Positions 50,160 to 62,613 of a stretch of 64,000 bases of DNA are shown here, in pieces. Below the pieces are notes generated by a model. That model ran no database searches. It worked only from the letters and a program-made list of their open reading frames with translations, and was not told the origin of the DNA. Within the stretch, counting starts at the first letter, position 1. Every line of letters starts with the position of its first letter. The DNA is from Mobula hypostoma (taxonomy: Eukaryota): positions 29,018,001 through 29,082,000 of the forward strand of contig NC_086118.1 in assembly GCF_963921235.1 (NCBI RefSeq), in the 5' to 3' direction. A program made the translations under genes and the position numbers.

Positions 50160-50500
50160 ACAAGTTGCACTTATTGTAGCATATCTAACACAGCATCTCG
50201 AGTTGCTGCACCATAGCATTATCAAACAAAATTTTACACAGAGCCAACCATGATGAGATAAGAGGGCAGACAGCCAAAAGCTTGGTCAAACAAAGAGGGT
50301 TCATTAAGCATGTCAAAGGCAAGGAGCCAGATAGATTTGGGGAGGGAATTCCTGAGCTGAGGGCATTGGCATTGCTCCCTACATTACAACAGTTATATTT
50401 GGGAACAATCAAGAAGCCAGAAATGAAAGCTGGCAAGTAGAAGGGTGCTGGGTGAATAAGAATCAATGTCAGTTCAGAGACAGGCATCAAGGTTTTGAAC
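50160..50500 (-). mobile_element. Probable L2-type LINE 3' fragment
   Basis: atcaaacaaaattttacacagagcc...caaaagcttggtcaaa...ggagggaattcc pattern; recognised from memory only. Confidence 0.45.
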
Positions 50501-50695
50501 GACCTAGGTTTACAGAGAGTAAAATGAAATTATAATTTTACACAATTTCCAAAGAAAGCTTAATTTTGTAACTGATAATGACCAGTTCAGAATTATTCAA
50601 TCCTTATTGTCAAAGTACATGTGTTTTTTTTTAATGAAAAGCAGGATGTGTTCTTTAGATTAGTGATAATGTTCACAAACTAACCACATAGATTT

Positions 50696-50915
50696 TGTTG
50701 TGTCTGTGCACTACTACATATATATTAAATAAAAGCATACAGGCAGGAGATCGTTTTAACTGGTGTTTTCACATTGCAGTGAGAGAGAGAGAGAGAGAGA
50801 GAGAGCGAAGAACAATGCACATGGGTAGGCAACAGCACATGCGCAGACAACAAATCAATACGTAGTGCTAAGGGGGGGTGTCATTGCTCTAAAAGAAATA
50901 GATTCATACATTACA
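50696..50915 (-). repeat. 3' LTR of Gypsy element 2
   Basis: Homologous to 55088-55292; contains a (GA)n expansion. Confidence 0.93.
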
Positions 50916-53900
50916 CTTCTCCACATTTAGATTAATGCATCAAAAGCTGTGTATGTACACAACATTCAATTACTCTTTCTTGAACCCATATTACAAATTA
51001 ACATGTTTTCACAGTAACAGTCCATAATTAACTTCACTGTTTAAAAGGTTCAGTCTTTTGGGTGGCGCACTGTTTCTTTCAGGATAGCGCCTCTGGACCG
51101 GTGAAGTGGCGTCAGGTTTGGAAGGTGTCTTGTCTAAGTCAACATTGTCAGTTTCCAGTGTCATTTTGCTGTCAGTGACATGATCATCGCTGAGGGGTAA
51201 GTCCAGTGACTGTAATGTGTTCGTCTTGATGGATGCAATCAACGCAGGTGTGTTCTACCGTTGAGCATCCAGTATCTTGTCCACATGATGTCTCCATGTC
51301 CAATCTCCAACATCCACTGTGTACATCAGTAGTCCTGTTCTTGTAGCTATCCTATAGGATGTCCACTTTTCTTCTTGGTAATCACGCGCTGGGACTTCCT
51401 GTCCAATCTCGAAGCTCCTTGCAGCTTCACTCGGCAACTGGCTGAACTGTTTATTCTGAACTTCCCCTCCGTAGATCTGGTTTCAGGAGGTCTACATGAG
51501 ATCTCGGATTCCTGTTCATGGACAGCATAGCAGGTATTTGATTTATCGTTGCATGAACGGAGTTCTGATACACAAAAAGGAAGCTGTCCACTTTGCACTA
51601 GAGGGAAAGGTCTTCCTCGTCCATCACTTTAATGGACTCCTTGAAGGTTTGGATAAACCTTTCAGCTAACCCATTCATCGCTGGGTGGTGAGGAGCTGAC
51701 TTGAAAGGTCTGATGCCACTTTTCTACATGAGCAGTTGGAATTTTTCTGATGTGTATTGTGATCCGTTGTCACTTACAATTGCCTCTGGTAAGCCATTCT
51801 TGGCAAAGATAGTCTTTAGAGCGGAGACAGTCTTTGCTGAGGTGGTTGACTTCATTGGTATAACCCCCGGCCACTTCAAATCAGCATCCACAGCAATCAG
51901 AAACATGGTGGCCATGAATGACCCAGCTAAGTCAATATATACTCTTTGCCATGGTGACTACAGCCACACCCAGGTGATATGGTGCCTCTGGGAGTGCACT
52001 TTGAACTTTTTGACATCCCAAAGACCTTTTAACAAGTCTTCAATCTGTTTATCTATACCTGGCCACCACACATATCTCCGGGCAAGACTCTTCATCTTGA
52101 CTGTACCCAGGTATCTTTCATGCAGACTTTCTAACACTTTAGTGCTCAGTTTAGAGGGAACCACAACACGAGATCCACACTTCAGCGTTCTCTGACATAT
52201 GTTGGTTTCTTATTGCCGAGACCTCTGAAAGCATAGCGTTACTATGAGCTGGCCATCTGTGCATGGTGATTTCATAGACTTTTGACAATGTCAGGATATT
52301 CCTTGTTTCCCTTTGTATTTCAGGATTTGTTACCAGTACAGCAGGACACCAGTACACCAGTACAGAGAGGAACACTTCTGCTGGGTCACAGTATGAAGAC
52401 ATTTCTTCTTCAGTTGCCAAAAGTGGAAGATATAACAAGCCGTCAGTGTTGCTGTGTTGCTTGATATCCTTGAAATCTATGTTATAAGAGTGGGCTCCTA
52501 GGAATTGTGCCCAACTTTGTAACCCGGAAATAGCCATCAATGGAATTCCCCTCCTGTGATTGAAAATAGATACAAGGAGCTGGTGGTCTGTCATTAAAAT
52601 AAACTTTTGTCCATATAGGTAGTGGTGAAACTTCTTTATTTCCCATAGTAGACTAAGGGCCTCTCAGTCGATTTGTGTGCCATTGCATTCTGTGCTTGTC
52701 GGTGATCTTGAAGCAAACATAATCAGGCATTCAGATCCATCTTTCATAATGTGCGACAAAATTCACCAATACCTTAAGGGGACGCAGCGCACGCCAGTCT
52801 GCTAGGCAGGGATGGGTCATAATGGGTGAGCTGTTCATCAATGTTATTGGTCTCTTTATTTCCTTGAATGTTTTTTCACAGCTTTCTGACCATTCCCACT
52901 TTGCTCCTGTCTGGAACAGTGCATTCAATGGGTGCAGTACTGTAGCAGTGTCTAGGAGAAACCAGTGGTAGTAGTTTACAAGGCCCAAGTATGACCTGAG
53001 TTGTAACACTTTCTCTGGTTTGAGTGCCTGAAGCACTGCATCACTCTTCTCTTGTGACTTATGTAAGCCACGCTTGTCAATGACATGTCCACAATACGAG
53101 ATTTCATTCTTGAATAACTCAAATTTCTCTCGCTTTGCATGCAGACCATACTCACTCAGTCTGGTAAGCACTTGGAGGTTCTGGAGGTGCGCTTCATCAT
53201 TTTTGCCAGTCATGCTGATGTCGTCAAGGTAACATTGTGCTCCTGGGATTTCTTGGAGCACTCAGTCAATTGCTTTTTGCCAAAATGCTGGACACCAAAG
53301 ATGAGACAATTATACTGATCAGTTCCCCGTGAGTGTTGATTGTGAGGAACTTCCTGCTTGACCCTCAGTCTCCATTTGCAGGTAGGCTTGTAATAAGTCA
53401 ATATTTCAAAACCTTTCCCCATCTGCCAAAGATGCAAAAAGGTTTTCTACTTGTGGCAGGGGATACTGCACAGTACGCAGCACCGGGTTGATGATCGCCT
53501 TGAAATCCCCACATATGCACACGTCTCTGGCTTTCCCTTTCTTGATCAATCACTCCACCCAACCGTGGAGAGAATTCCAGATGCCTCCAAGCTCTGAAGT
53601 TCAGCATCCACTTTAGGACGTAGTGTGTAAGGCACTGGACGCACTTTATGGAATCTTGGTGTTGCTGTTTCATCTAGTTCATTTCTGGCCTTCATGCCTT
53701 TGGGTTTACCAATACCCTTCTCAAACACCTTTTCATTAGCATTAAGCTGCTATGCCATTCTCTGGTTAGTGCTACCATTTGGGCTGCCATTGCCTGTTGA
53801 TGCCACACAAAGAGCTTTGATTGTGTGTCAGTCTAGTTGGATTTTTCTCAACCATTCATGTCTGAAAAGTACTGGCCCTTCTCTTTTCAACACATAAAGC

Positions 53901-55087
53901 TCTTACTGCTGTGCTTGGCTTCGATACATCACCTTCGCTTTCAGTTTGCCTTTGGGGGACACTTTTTTGCCTGTTTAGGTCTTTAGCATCACTGAGGTCT
54001 TCTCTACTGGTATCTTAGAAAACAGTCTGTTGCAGTCAGCTTCTGAAATTATAGACAAATCTAACCCTGTATCCAGCTCCATTTTCAGTTTTACATCAGA
54101 CACATCTATTGTGATCCAGATGATTTTGTGATCTGCTTCAGTTATACTATGCAGTTCTAGACATGACAGTTCACCTTTGTCAGACTCTATGTTGTCTGAT
54201 TATGTTTTACATTCATAACTTCATGCATTTGCTTAGTTTTGCGTTTGAGACTTTTCGTTTGGTTGTGCTTTTTGTCTGCCTTGTATATTCTTTCCATGTG
54301 ACCTTGTCTGTGACACTTTCTGCAGACTTTTTTCTTCTATTATTGTTATTGGCATCATAGGAGCATTTGCCACATTGATAACATTTATGGCTTTTTGCAC
54401 TATTCAGGGGCATTTTGTGTATTTAATTTTCTATCCCCCTTTTCTGTAGTTCTGCTGCAGTCTCTAATAATATTGCAAAGCTCAATGCCCATTCTAAGGT
54501 TAGGTCTTTCACTTTCAGCAGCCTCATCTGAGTGCTTCGACTATGCGTGCCACGCACAAACCTGTCCCTTAATGCATCAGAAAGTCCCCCTCTAAAGTCA
54601 CAGTACTGGTAAAGTTTGTGCAGTTCTGCAATGTGTTCAGAAAGGTTTTCATCTTTTGACTGGTTCCTTTTCTAAAATTTAAATCTCTCAGCTAACATAA
54701 ATGGTTTAGGGCTCATGTGATTTTGTAAAACTGTAACAACTTCATCGAACATCTTGCTTGCTGGTTTTTCAGAGGTTCCTATGTTGCGTAAGAGATTGTA
54801 TATTCTTGCTAAGAAGCGCCAGGGTTTTCTATTGTACCTCCACATTACAATACAGATCAACCCTCGCGATATACGACTCCCAGCCTTAATTAGTGCTATC
54901 AAATTCATCAACTGTCCCGACTGAAGCCATCACGACATTATTTTCTCTTTAAATTCCACGCGTCTTTCACTGTTACTCACGGGTCCTTCAGCTTTCTCGT
55001 GCTGTTTGACTCTTGCTGTTACATCCCGTAATTGTCAGTGCAGCTCCTGATATTTTCTGGCATTCAGATTCATACTTGTCACCAATT

Positions 55088-55292
55088 TGTTGCGTCTGTG
55101 CACAACTACGTATCAATTAAATAAAAGCATGGACGCTGAAGGTGGCTTTAAGTGGTGTATGCGCATTGCAGCGAGACAGAAAGAGAACAATGCGCATGCG
55201 TAGGCAACAGCACATGCACAGACAACACTTCAATACATAATGCTGGAGCGGGGGGTGTCATTGCTCTAAAAGAAATAGATCAATACATTACA
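55088..55292 (-). repeat. 5' LTR of Gypsy element 2
   Basis: Homologous to 50696-50915; PBS adjacent. Confidence 0.93.
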
Positions 55293-56217
55293 GATTTCAT
55301 TTCTTCTTTTATGTTCTTCTACTCTAACCAAAAAAGGATAAAATAACTTCGTGTAAAAGAATGGAGGCTACTGGAGATACTCAGCCATTCAGGTAGCATC
55401 TATAGAAAGAGAAACAGAATTAATGTTTCTGGTTGAAAATCCCATGTTTTCTTGTTTATAGTATTGAACTGAAGTCTTTGGAGAAATCAAGAGGAGAAAT
55501 TAAACTGAATGGGTTGCTTAGGAGAAGGTTCCTAGTTTCTATGAAATCTTCAAGGAGGATAAAGGAACAACTGTCCACAAATAGCTGCAGAAAGAGTTAG
55601 TACCATATTCCTGCCAATATTTCAACCACATCTGGAATCTTACAGATAAAAAAGACTTGATTGATTCACAGCACTGAATATTTCTGTTCTTTTCAACAAC
55701 CTGGTTTTGCTCAAGTCTACTAGGCACTCCCTTTTATATTATTTCACAAGAAATCTCTCCCATTTCACCCTCAGCTAGCCCACAATTCTGTTACAATGTC
55801 CAGACAGCCTGCTGCTCTGATATTTTCCAGCCCCCATTTTAAGGTTTGCTGGGAATTTCTATTTTCTCTCAGAATATTGATATTTGATTTGCTACAATAA
55901 AACAGAAAACTCTTACTTCTCAGTGAGTCAGACAACAAATATGTTGAGATGAACAGAGTTAAGGTTTCAGGTCATTGACTTTTTATCAGGAGTGAAATGC
56001 TTTCTTCTATCTCTAACTGCTTCCTTTTTCTTTATATGAAGAGGCACGTTCCAGGAGAGGCATCAATAAAGTTAACCAATATGTGTAGCAATTCATCATG
56101 GAAGTCATTAATAAGTTGTCACTCTCCACTCACCAAGGCATATCCTACTTTCCCCTTCCTCCCAGAACTCCTAATACCTCAAATGATCTAATCACACACT
56201 CAGCTCACTCTCTCATA

Positions 56218-56766
56218 CACTCAGTGGCCATTTTATTAGGTACCTCCTCACTGAGCGTATGTTCCTGGTCTTCTGCTGCTGCAGCTCATCCACTTTAAGG
56301 TTCACTGTGTTGCGTCCTGCTCTTCAGCACACCACTGTTTTAATGTGTGGTTATCTGAGTTACTGTCACCTTCCTGTCAGCTTGAACTAGTCTGGTCATT
56401 CTCTTCAAAGCTCTTTCATTAACAAAGCATTTTTACCCAGAGAACTGCTGCTCACTGGATGTTTTTTTTTTTGGTTTTGTTTTGCACCATTCTCTGAAAG
56501 CTCTGGAGACTGTTGTGCTTGAAAACTCCAGGAGATCAACAGTTTCTGAGATACTCAAACCACCCCGTCTGGCACCAACAATCATTCTACAGTCAAAGTC
56601 ACTTGACATTTCTTTCCCATTCTCATGTTTGGTCTGAACAACAACTGAGCCTCATGACCATGTCTGCATGCTTTTATGCATTGAGTATCTGCCACATGGT
56701 TGGCTGATAGGTATATGCATTAATGAGCAGGTGTACAGGTGTACCTAATAAAGTGACCACTGGGTG
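56218..56766 (-). mobile_element. Tc1-derived non-autonomous DNA transposon
   Basis: TA-flanked TIRs cactcagtggccattttattaggtacc / ggtgtacctaataaagtgaccactgggtg. Confidence 0.88.
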
Positions 56767-57109
56767 TAGTTCACACATTCTAAATCCACCTTTCCTTCTC
56801 TCTTTCCTTTTTTATGTGGGCCCTCATGTGCAAAGAGGGTGTTTTCAGCCTTCTCATGTTAGACAATATCCCACCCAGTCTTATCCTGCTCTCCCCTTAT
56901 ACTAAATTTAATTTTCCTCCACCAGCATGATTAATTGTAAGGACTATTTATTGGAGGTAACTCTTCTGACTTGCTGCTGCCTCCAGGCTTTCACTGCCAT
57001 CTTTTGCTCCCTGCCCTTTCAGCTTATATTCTAGTGCTCCACTAGTTTACGGAAGGATGGAGTTATTTTGCTTGGAAATAGGTCACTCAGCTCAACTTTT
57101 CCATGCTGT

Positions 57110-57872
57110 CCATGAGACCATAGGGCCATAAGACAAAGGAGCAGAAGTCGGCCATTTGGCCCATCAAGTCTGCTCTGCCATTTTATCATGAACTGATCCA
57201 TTCTCCCATTTAGTCCCACTCCACCGCCTTTTCACCCTAACCTTTGATGCCTTGGCTACTCAGATACCTATCAATCTCTGCCTTAAATACACCCAATGAC
57301 TTGGCCTCCACTGCTGCTCGTGGCAACAAATTCCATAGATTCACCACCCCCTAACTAAAAAAATTCCTTCGCATTTCTGTTCTGAATGGGCGCCCTTCAA
57401 TCCTTAAGTCATGCCCTTTCGTACTAGACTCCCCCATCATGGGAAACAACTTTGCCACATCCACTCTGTCCATGCCTTTCAACATTCGAAATGTTTCTAT
57501 GAGGTCTCCCCTCATTCTTCTAAACTCCAAGGAATATAGTCCAAGAGCGGACAAAGTTTCCTCATATGTTAACCCTCTCATTCCCAGAATCATTCAAGTG
57601 AATCTTCTCTGTACCCTCTCCAACGTCAGCACATCCTTTCTTAAATAAGGAGTCCAAAACTGCCCACAGTACTCCAAGTGAGGTCTCACCAGCGCCTTAT
57701 AGAGCCTCAACATCACATCCCTGCTCCTATACTCTATTCCTCTAGAAATGAATGCCAACATTGCATTCGCCTTCTTCACTACTGACTCAACCTGGAGGTT
57801 AACCTTAAGGGTATCCTGTATGAGGACTCCCAAGTCCCGTTGCCTCTCAGAACTTTGAATTCCTTCCCCATT
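57110..57872 (-). mobile_element. CR1-like LINE 3' fragment
   Basis: LVRPHLEYCGQFW and RRMRGDLIETFRML (ORFs 57594-57833 and 57351-57593); 3' UTR and tail. Confidence 0.93.
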
Positions 57873-58020
57873 TGTCCATGTGGTCCAGCCCCAGTTTCCT
57901 GATTTGGCCTATATCTTTCGTAGACCTTCCTATCAAAGTACTTGTTCAAATCTCTGTTAAACATTGTAATTCTCACCGGTCCCCAGTACCTGCCTCTGGC
58001 AGCTCATTCCATACTGGCTA

Positions 58021-60345
58021 TCCAACCAGTTCCCTTCCACTACCACCCTCTTCCATCTGGCAGAACTGGTCCTCACCCTCAATCATTTTTATTCGGCTTC
58101 TTCCACTTTTGCCAGACCTGAGGGACAGCCATGGGCACCTGCATGGGCCCCAGCTATGCTGGTCTTTTCATTGGTTATGTAGAATAGTCTATGTCTGAAG
58201 CCTTCCCCAGTAATGTTCCTCAACTCTTTCTCTGCTACATTGATGACTGCTTCATTCCCCCATGCTGAGTTCATCAGTTTCAGCAATATTGCCTCCAATG
58301 CCCACCTTGACCTTAAATTCACTTGGTCCATTTCTGACACCTCCCTCCCTTTTCTTAACCTCTCTGTCTCCATCTCTAGAGAGAAACCATTAAATGACAT
58401 CAGAGCAAGTGCTACACCGCCTCTCTCACTACCATTCAGAGCCCTAAATAATCCTTCCAGGTGAGGCGACATTTCGCCTGTGAGTCTGTTGGGGTCATTT
58501 ACTGTATTCAGTGCTCCCTATGTGGCCTCCTGTATATTTCTGAGCCCCGACGTACATTGGGAGGCCACTTCGCCAAGCATCTACACTAGGTCTGCGAGAA
58601 CATGTGGGATCTCCCAGTGGCCACCCATTTTAATTCCACTTCCTGTTCCCATTCTGATATGTCCTTCCATAGCCTCCTTCACTGTCATGATGAGGCCACA
58701 CTCAGGTTGTAGGAAAAACACCTTATATTCTGTTTGGGTAGCCTCCAACCTGATGGCATGAACATCAATTTCTCAAACTTCCGGTAATACCCCCCACCTT
58801 CACCATTTCTCATCCCTTTTTCCTCTCTTGCCTTATCTTCTTGCCCACCCATTGCCACCCTCTGGTGCTCCTTCCCCCTTTTTCTTTCTTCCATGGCCTT
58901 CTGTCTCTTTCACCAATCAACTTCCCAGCCCTTTTCTTCACCCCTCCCCCTCCAGGTTTCACCTATCGCCTGGAGTTTCTCTCTCCCCTCCCCCAACCAT
59001 ATAAATCTACTACACAGCTTTTTTCCCTCCGGTCCTGCTGAAAGGTTTCAGCCCGAAACATCGACTGTACCTTTTTCCATAGATGCTGTCTGGCCTGCTG
59101 AATTCCTCCAGCATTTCATGTGTGTCTTGCTCAGATTTCCAGCATCTGCAGGTTTTCTCTTGTTTGTCTTTTATTAACCTGCCATGTCTCATGGTTATCT
59201 TTACTATAACTCTTTCCATCCCGTCTCCTGTAAAAATACTATTCCCTTTTCTCAGTTCCTTCACCTCCACCACATCTGTTTCCAGTATGAGGCTTTCCTT
59301 TCCAGGACATCAGAGATGTCCTCCTTCTTCAAAGAATGGGGTTTCACTTCCTCCACCATTGACACTACCCTCAACTGTATCTCCTCCATTTCATGGACAT
59401 CTGCACTCATACCATCTTCCCACCACTTTACCAGTGATGGAGTTCCTCTTGTCCTTACTTACTACCCCATGAGCGTCCACATCTAACATATAATTCTCCA
59501 CAACTTCTGCCATCTCCAAAGGGATTCTACCACCAAATGCATCTTTACTGACCCCTCCCCCCTCCCCACTCTCTGCTTACTGCAGAGATTGTTCCCTCCA
59601 TGATTCCCTTGTTCACTGGTCCTTCCTCAGTAATCTCCTACCCAGCTCTTACCACTGAAAGCAGCCAAAGTGAAACAGCTCCCACACCTCCATTCGTGAC
59701 CCCAAACAGTCCTTCCAGGTGAGGGAAATCTGTTAGGTTTGTCTATTGTATCCCGTGCTCCCGATGTGGCCTCCTCTGTACTGATAAGATCTGTTGCAAA
59801 TTGGGGATCAATTTGACTAACACCTCTGCTCCAACCGCCACAAGTGGGACTTTCCTGTGGCCAAACATTTTAATTCTGATTCCCACTCCTAGTCAGACAT
59901 GTCGGTCCATGGCCTCCTCTTGTCCACCTCAAGGTGGAGGAGCAACACCTTACGTCTTGGTAGCCCCCAACTTGTTGGCATGAATATCAATTTCTCCTTC
60001 CAGTTAAAAAGTATTTCCCTCTCCCTCCCTTCTTCTTCTATTCCCCACTCTGCCATTTTACCTCTTCTCACCTGCCTATCATCACCCCCTTGGCCCCCTC
60101 CTCTTTCCCTTTCTCCTGTGGTCCACTCTCCTGTCTTATCAGATTCCTTCATCTCCAGCCCTATACCTTTCCCACCCACCTGGCTTCACCAACCACCTTC
60201 TAGCTATCCTCCTTCCCTTTCCCCCACCTTTTTATTCTGACATCTTCTCCCCTTCCTTTGCAGGGTCTCAGGCTGAAACATTGATGATTCTTCATTGCCT
60301 GACCTGCTGAGTCCTTCTGCCATTTTGTGCATGTTGCTGAATATC
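58021..60345 (+). mobile_element. Penelope-like element split by a second Penelope insertion
   Basis: RT (LAELVLTLN, AMGTCMGPSYA, LKFTWSISDTSLPFL) to 58401; resumes at 59166 with thumb SHGYLYY...KNTIPFSQF, then GIY-YIG and terminal repeat. Confidence 0.85.
58402..59165 (+). mobile_element. 5'-truncated Penelope (GIY-YIG + terminal repeat)
   Basis: SFQVRRHFACESVGVIYCIQCSLCGLLYI...HFNS...LQPDGMNINF; terminal repeat with mutated hammerhead at 59031-59068. Confidence 0.8.
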
Positions 60346-60559
60346 CGTATACATCTTCTAATTGGTGCTCCCCTTTCTCTTCCTTTACCTTCTTCAAAGT
60401 CAACTCATGTCCCTTTGACCCTTGTTCCACCAGACTGATGACCGGGCAACCTTCCTTTCTGGCCATCATTTTAATCACTGTGTGCGGACCCATCCTTCGG
60501 CAAATCCATTCTGTCCGTTATTCCCACAACAAACAATCCTTCAGCTATTTGGTTTTTCG

Positions 60560-61010
60560 GACTGGAATGGATGAGTTGTTCTGTGAGGAAAGGTTGGACA
60601 GGCCAGAGCTAATCAGTGAGAGTTTCAGACAGTGAGAGCAGACATGACTGAAGCACCCTGGGTCCTCGAGGAACTCGACAGGGCAGATTTGGAGAGGATG
60701 TTTGCTCCTGGAGACAAATGTAAACTCAGGCTCACTGGATTTGTCCATTAAATACAGAGTAGTTAAATTTGCTTTCCTCTCTCAATGGTTAAAATCTCTG
60801 GAATTCTCCTTTACAAATGGCGGTGAGAGCAGAGTCTATAAATAGTTTGTAGTCAGAGATTGAAAGATACTTGATAAGCAAATGGGTGTAAGGTTGCAGC
60901 TGGTAAACAGGAATTAGAAATTGAGTTTAAAATCAGATCAGTCATAATCTTATTAAGTGGTGGATCAGACCTAAGGGACAAAGTGAATACCACAGTCTTT
61001 GATTTATATA
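60560..61010 (+). mobile_element. Old CR1 3' fragment
   Basis: GMDELFCEERLDRPEL and a degenerate CR1 3' UTR. Confidence 0.6.
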
Positions 61011-62613
61011 TTTATGGACACTTTGTTTTGTTAAAGACTCCAGATAAACGGAAGATGTTGTTTATTGGAAGGAGTAATTTCATCCCCCATTTGCAAGGCA
61101 TTTGTAAGTTGTCAGTGCCAAGTTCTCTGAAGCCTCTCCTTCCTCTGGTATTTTGTAAAATGAAATAGAGGTCAGAATAGTTTTCTTTAGAGTGGAGTTT
61201 ATGCAGTAAAAGGAATAACAGGAATGTTTTAAGATAAGCTTTATGTGCATTTAATGAGTTATAAACTGGGACAAAATGCATGAAAGGCAGAATGTATCAG
61301 AAACTTGCATCCCAATCTGCACCTCTGTCTCCTATGCTTAAAATAATTCCCTCCCTAGATGTAGAAATCCACATAGACAATTATGTAGTCTGTTACATTT
61401 TTTCTGTCCCTGAGTGAGGGAAGACAAATTTCTCTCTGTTATCATGAAACCCATTTATATACAACACATAAATATTATAAATGTTAATGCCAAGCAGTGA
61501 AAGGCCAATTACTTACTAAGCAGTCTTTATTTCAGTGTGAAATTATCCCTTTGCGGGCAACTGGGACGAGCATGAAGGATGTTGTGGTCAGCATGGATAA
61601 GTTGGGCTGAAGGGCTGGTTTTCATGTTGAATTAGTCTAGGGCTCTATGACTATGACACTTAAAGATGCAAGTAACTAACTAGTTGTTCAATCAGTCAGT
61701 GAGTGTATTCATTTAACCAATGCTCAGTTTAAGTAGTACAAGCATTTTAGCAAAAGTTTTGGAGAGGTTTATAAGTAACAGCCATAGTTACAGTGCAATT
61801 TTGGAAGAGGTGACTGGCTGTTTTTATTTTGTCCAATCTGATAAGCCCTTAAGGCATAGGTTAAAAGGAAGTTATCACTTCACGAGAAACTGCCAAAAGC
61901 TACATTTTGCATGAGTGCAGAGTGGCCAGAGAAACTATATACCATTTTGCCCTATAGAAATCATGAATTGCAAGTTGTCACAACCAGACGCAATCCTCCC
62001 TCAGTTCACTTGCCAAGATCTGTTTTAAGTACTGAGAGATTAGCATCTGACATGCTAAAAAGCATCTATGAGTATTAGACATTTTTATAATGCACTCTTG
62101 GAAGGGGTAACTAATTCCTTTTAACTTTCCTGAATTAATAAATTACCAAAATAATTAATTAAATAACTTGAATGTAAACTCTGAATTTCTGATTGAAATT
62201 GAAATGTGTTAAAGTGGATGGACATCATTAAAAGTTTAGACTGAAGATTCCACAAGCCTAGAAGTAGAGCAGATGTTTTGAAGTTGTAGGCAGATTGAAA
62301 AAAAATATTTCTGCTGGAATGTTACAGTTTTGCTCTAAAGTAATCCATGTGACTGAGCAGAAGTGCATTAGAAATTCATATTTGATTGTTTGCACCAAAT
62401 TCACATATACAGTATAACAGTGGCTGCAAGTTGTACTTCTGAAATTCAATCTTTTGAATTTAATCACTTCCATTGATTTATAATTTTGCCCTCCCCATTA
62501 CTGTTGTTAATTGCCTCTAATTACTCAGTATTTCTGTAGGATTTCATTTCCAAAATCCTTTTGGTTTTCACAGAGATGTGTTCTGTGTACATAAACAGAT
62601 CAGGTTTGACTAG

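Larger units (their letters stand above)
50696..55292 (-). mobile_element. Gypsy/Ty3 LTR retrotransposon, full-length, decayed
   Basis: LTRs 50696-50915 and 55088-55292 (TG..CA); perfect TSD GATTT; PBS-like tggtgacaag; PPT at 50916-50928; gag (KPFMLAERFKF, CYQCGK), protease MELDTG, RT CYLDD, RNase H (TDHQLLVSIF), integrase (ARRYVWWPGID, IVSDNGSQY); many stops and frameshifts. Confidence 0.96.
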
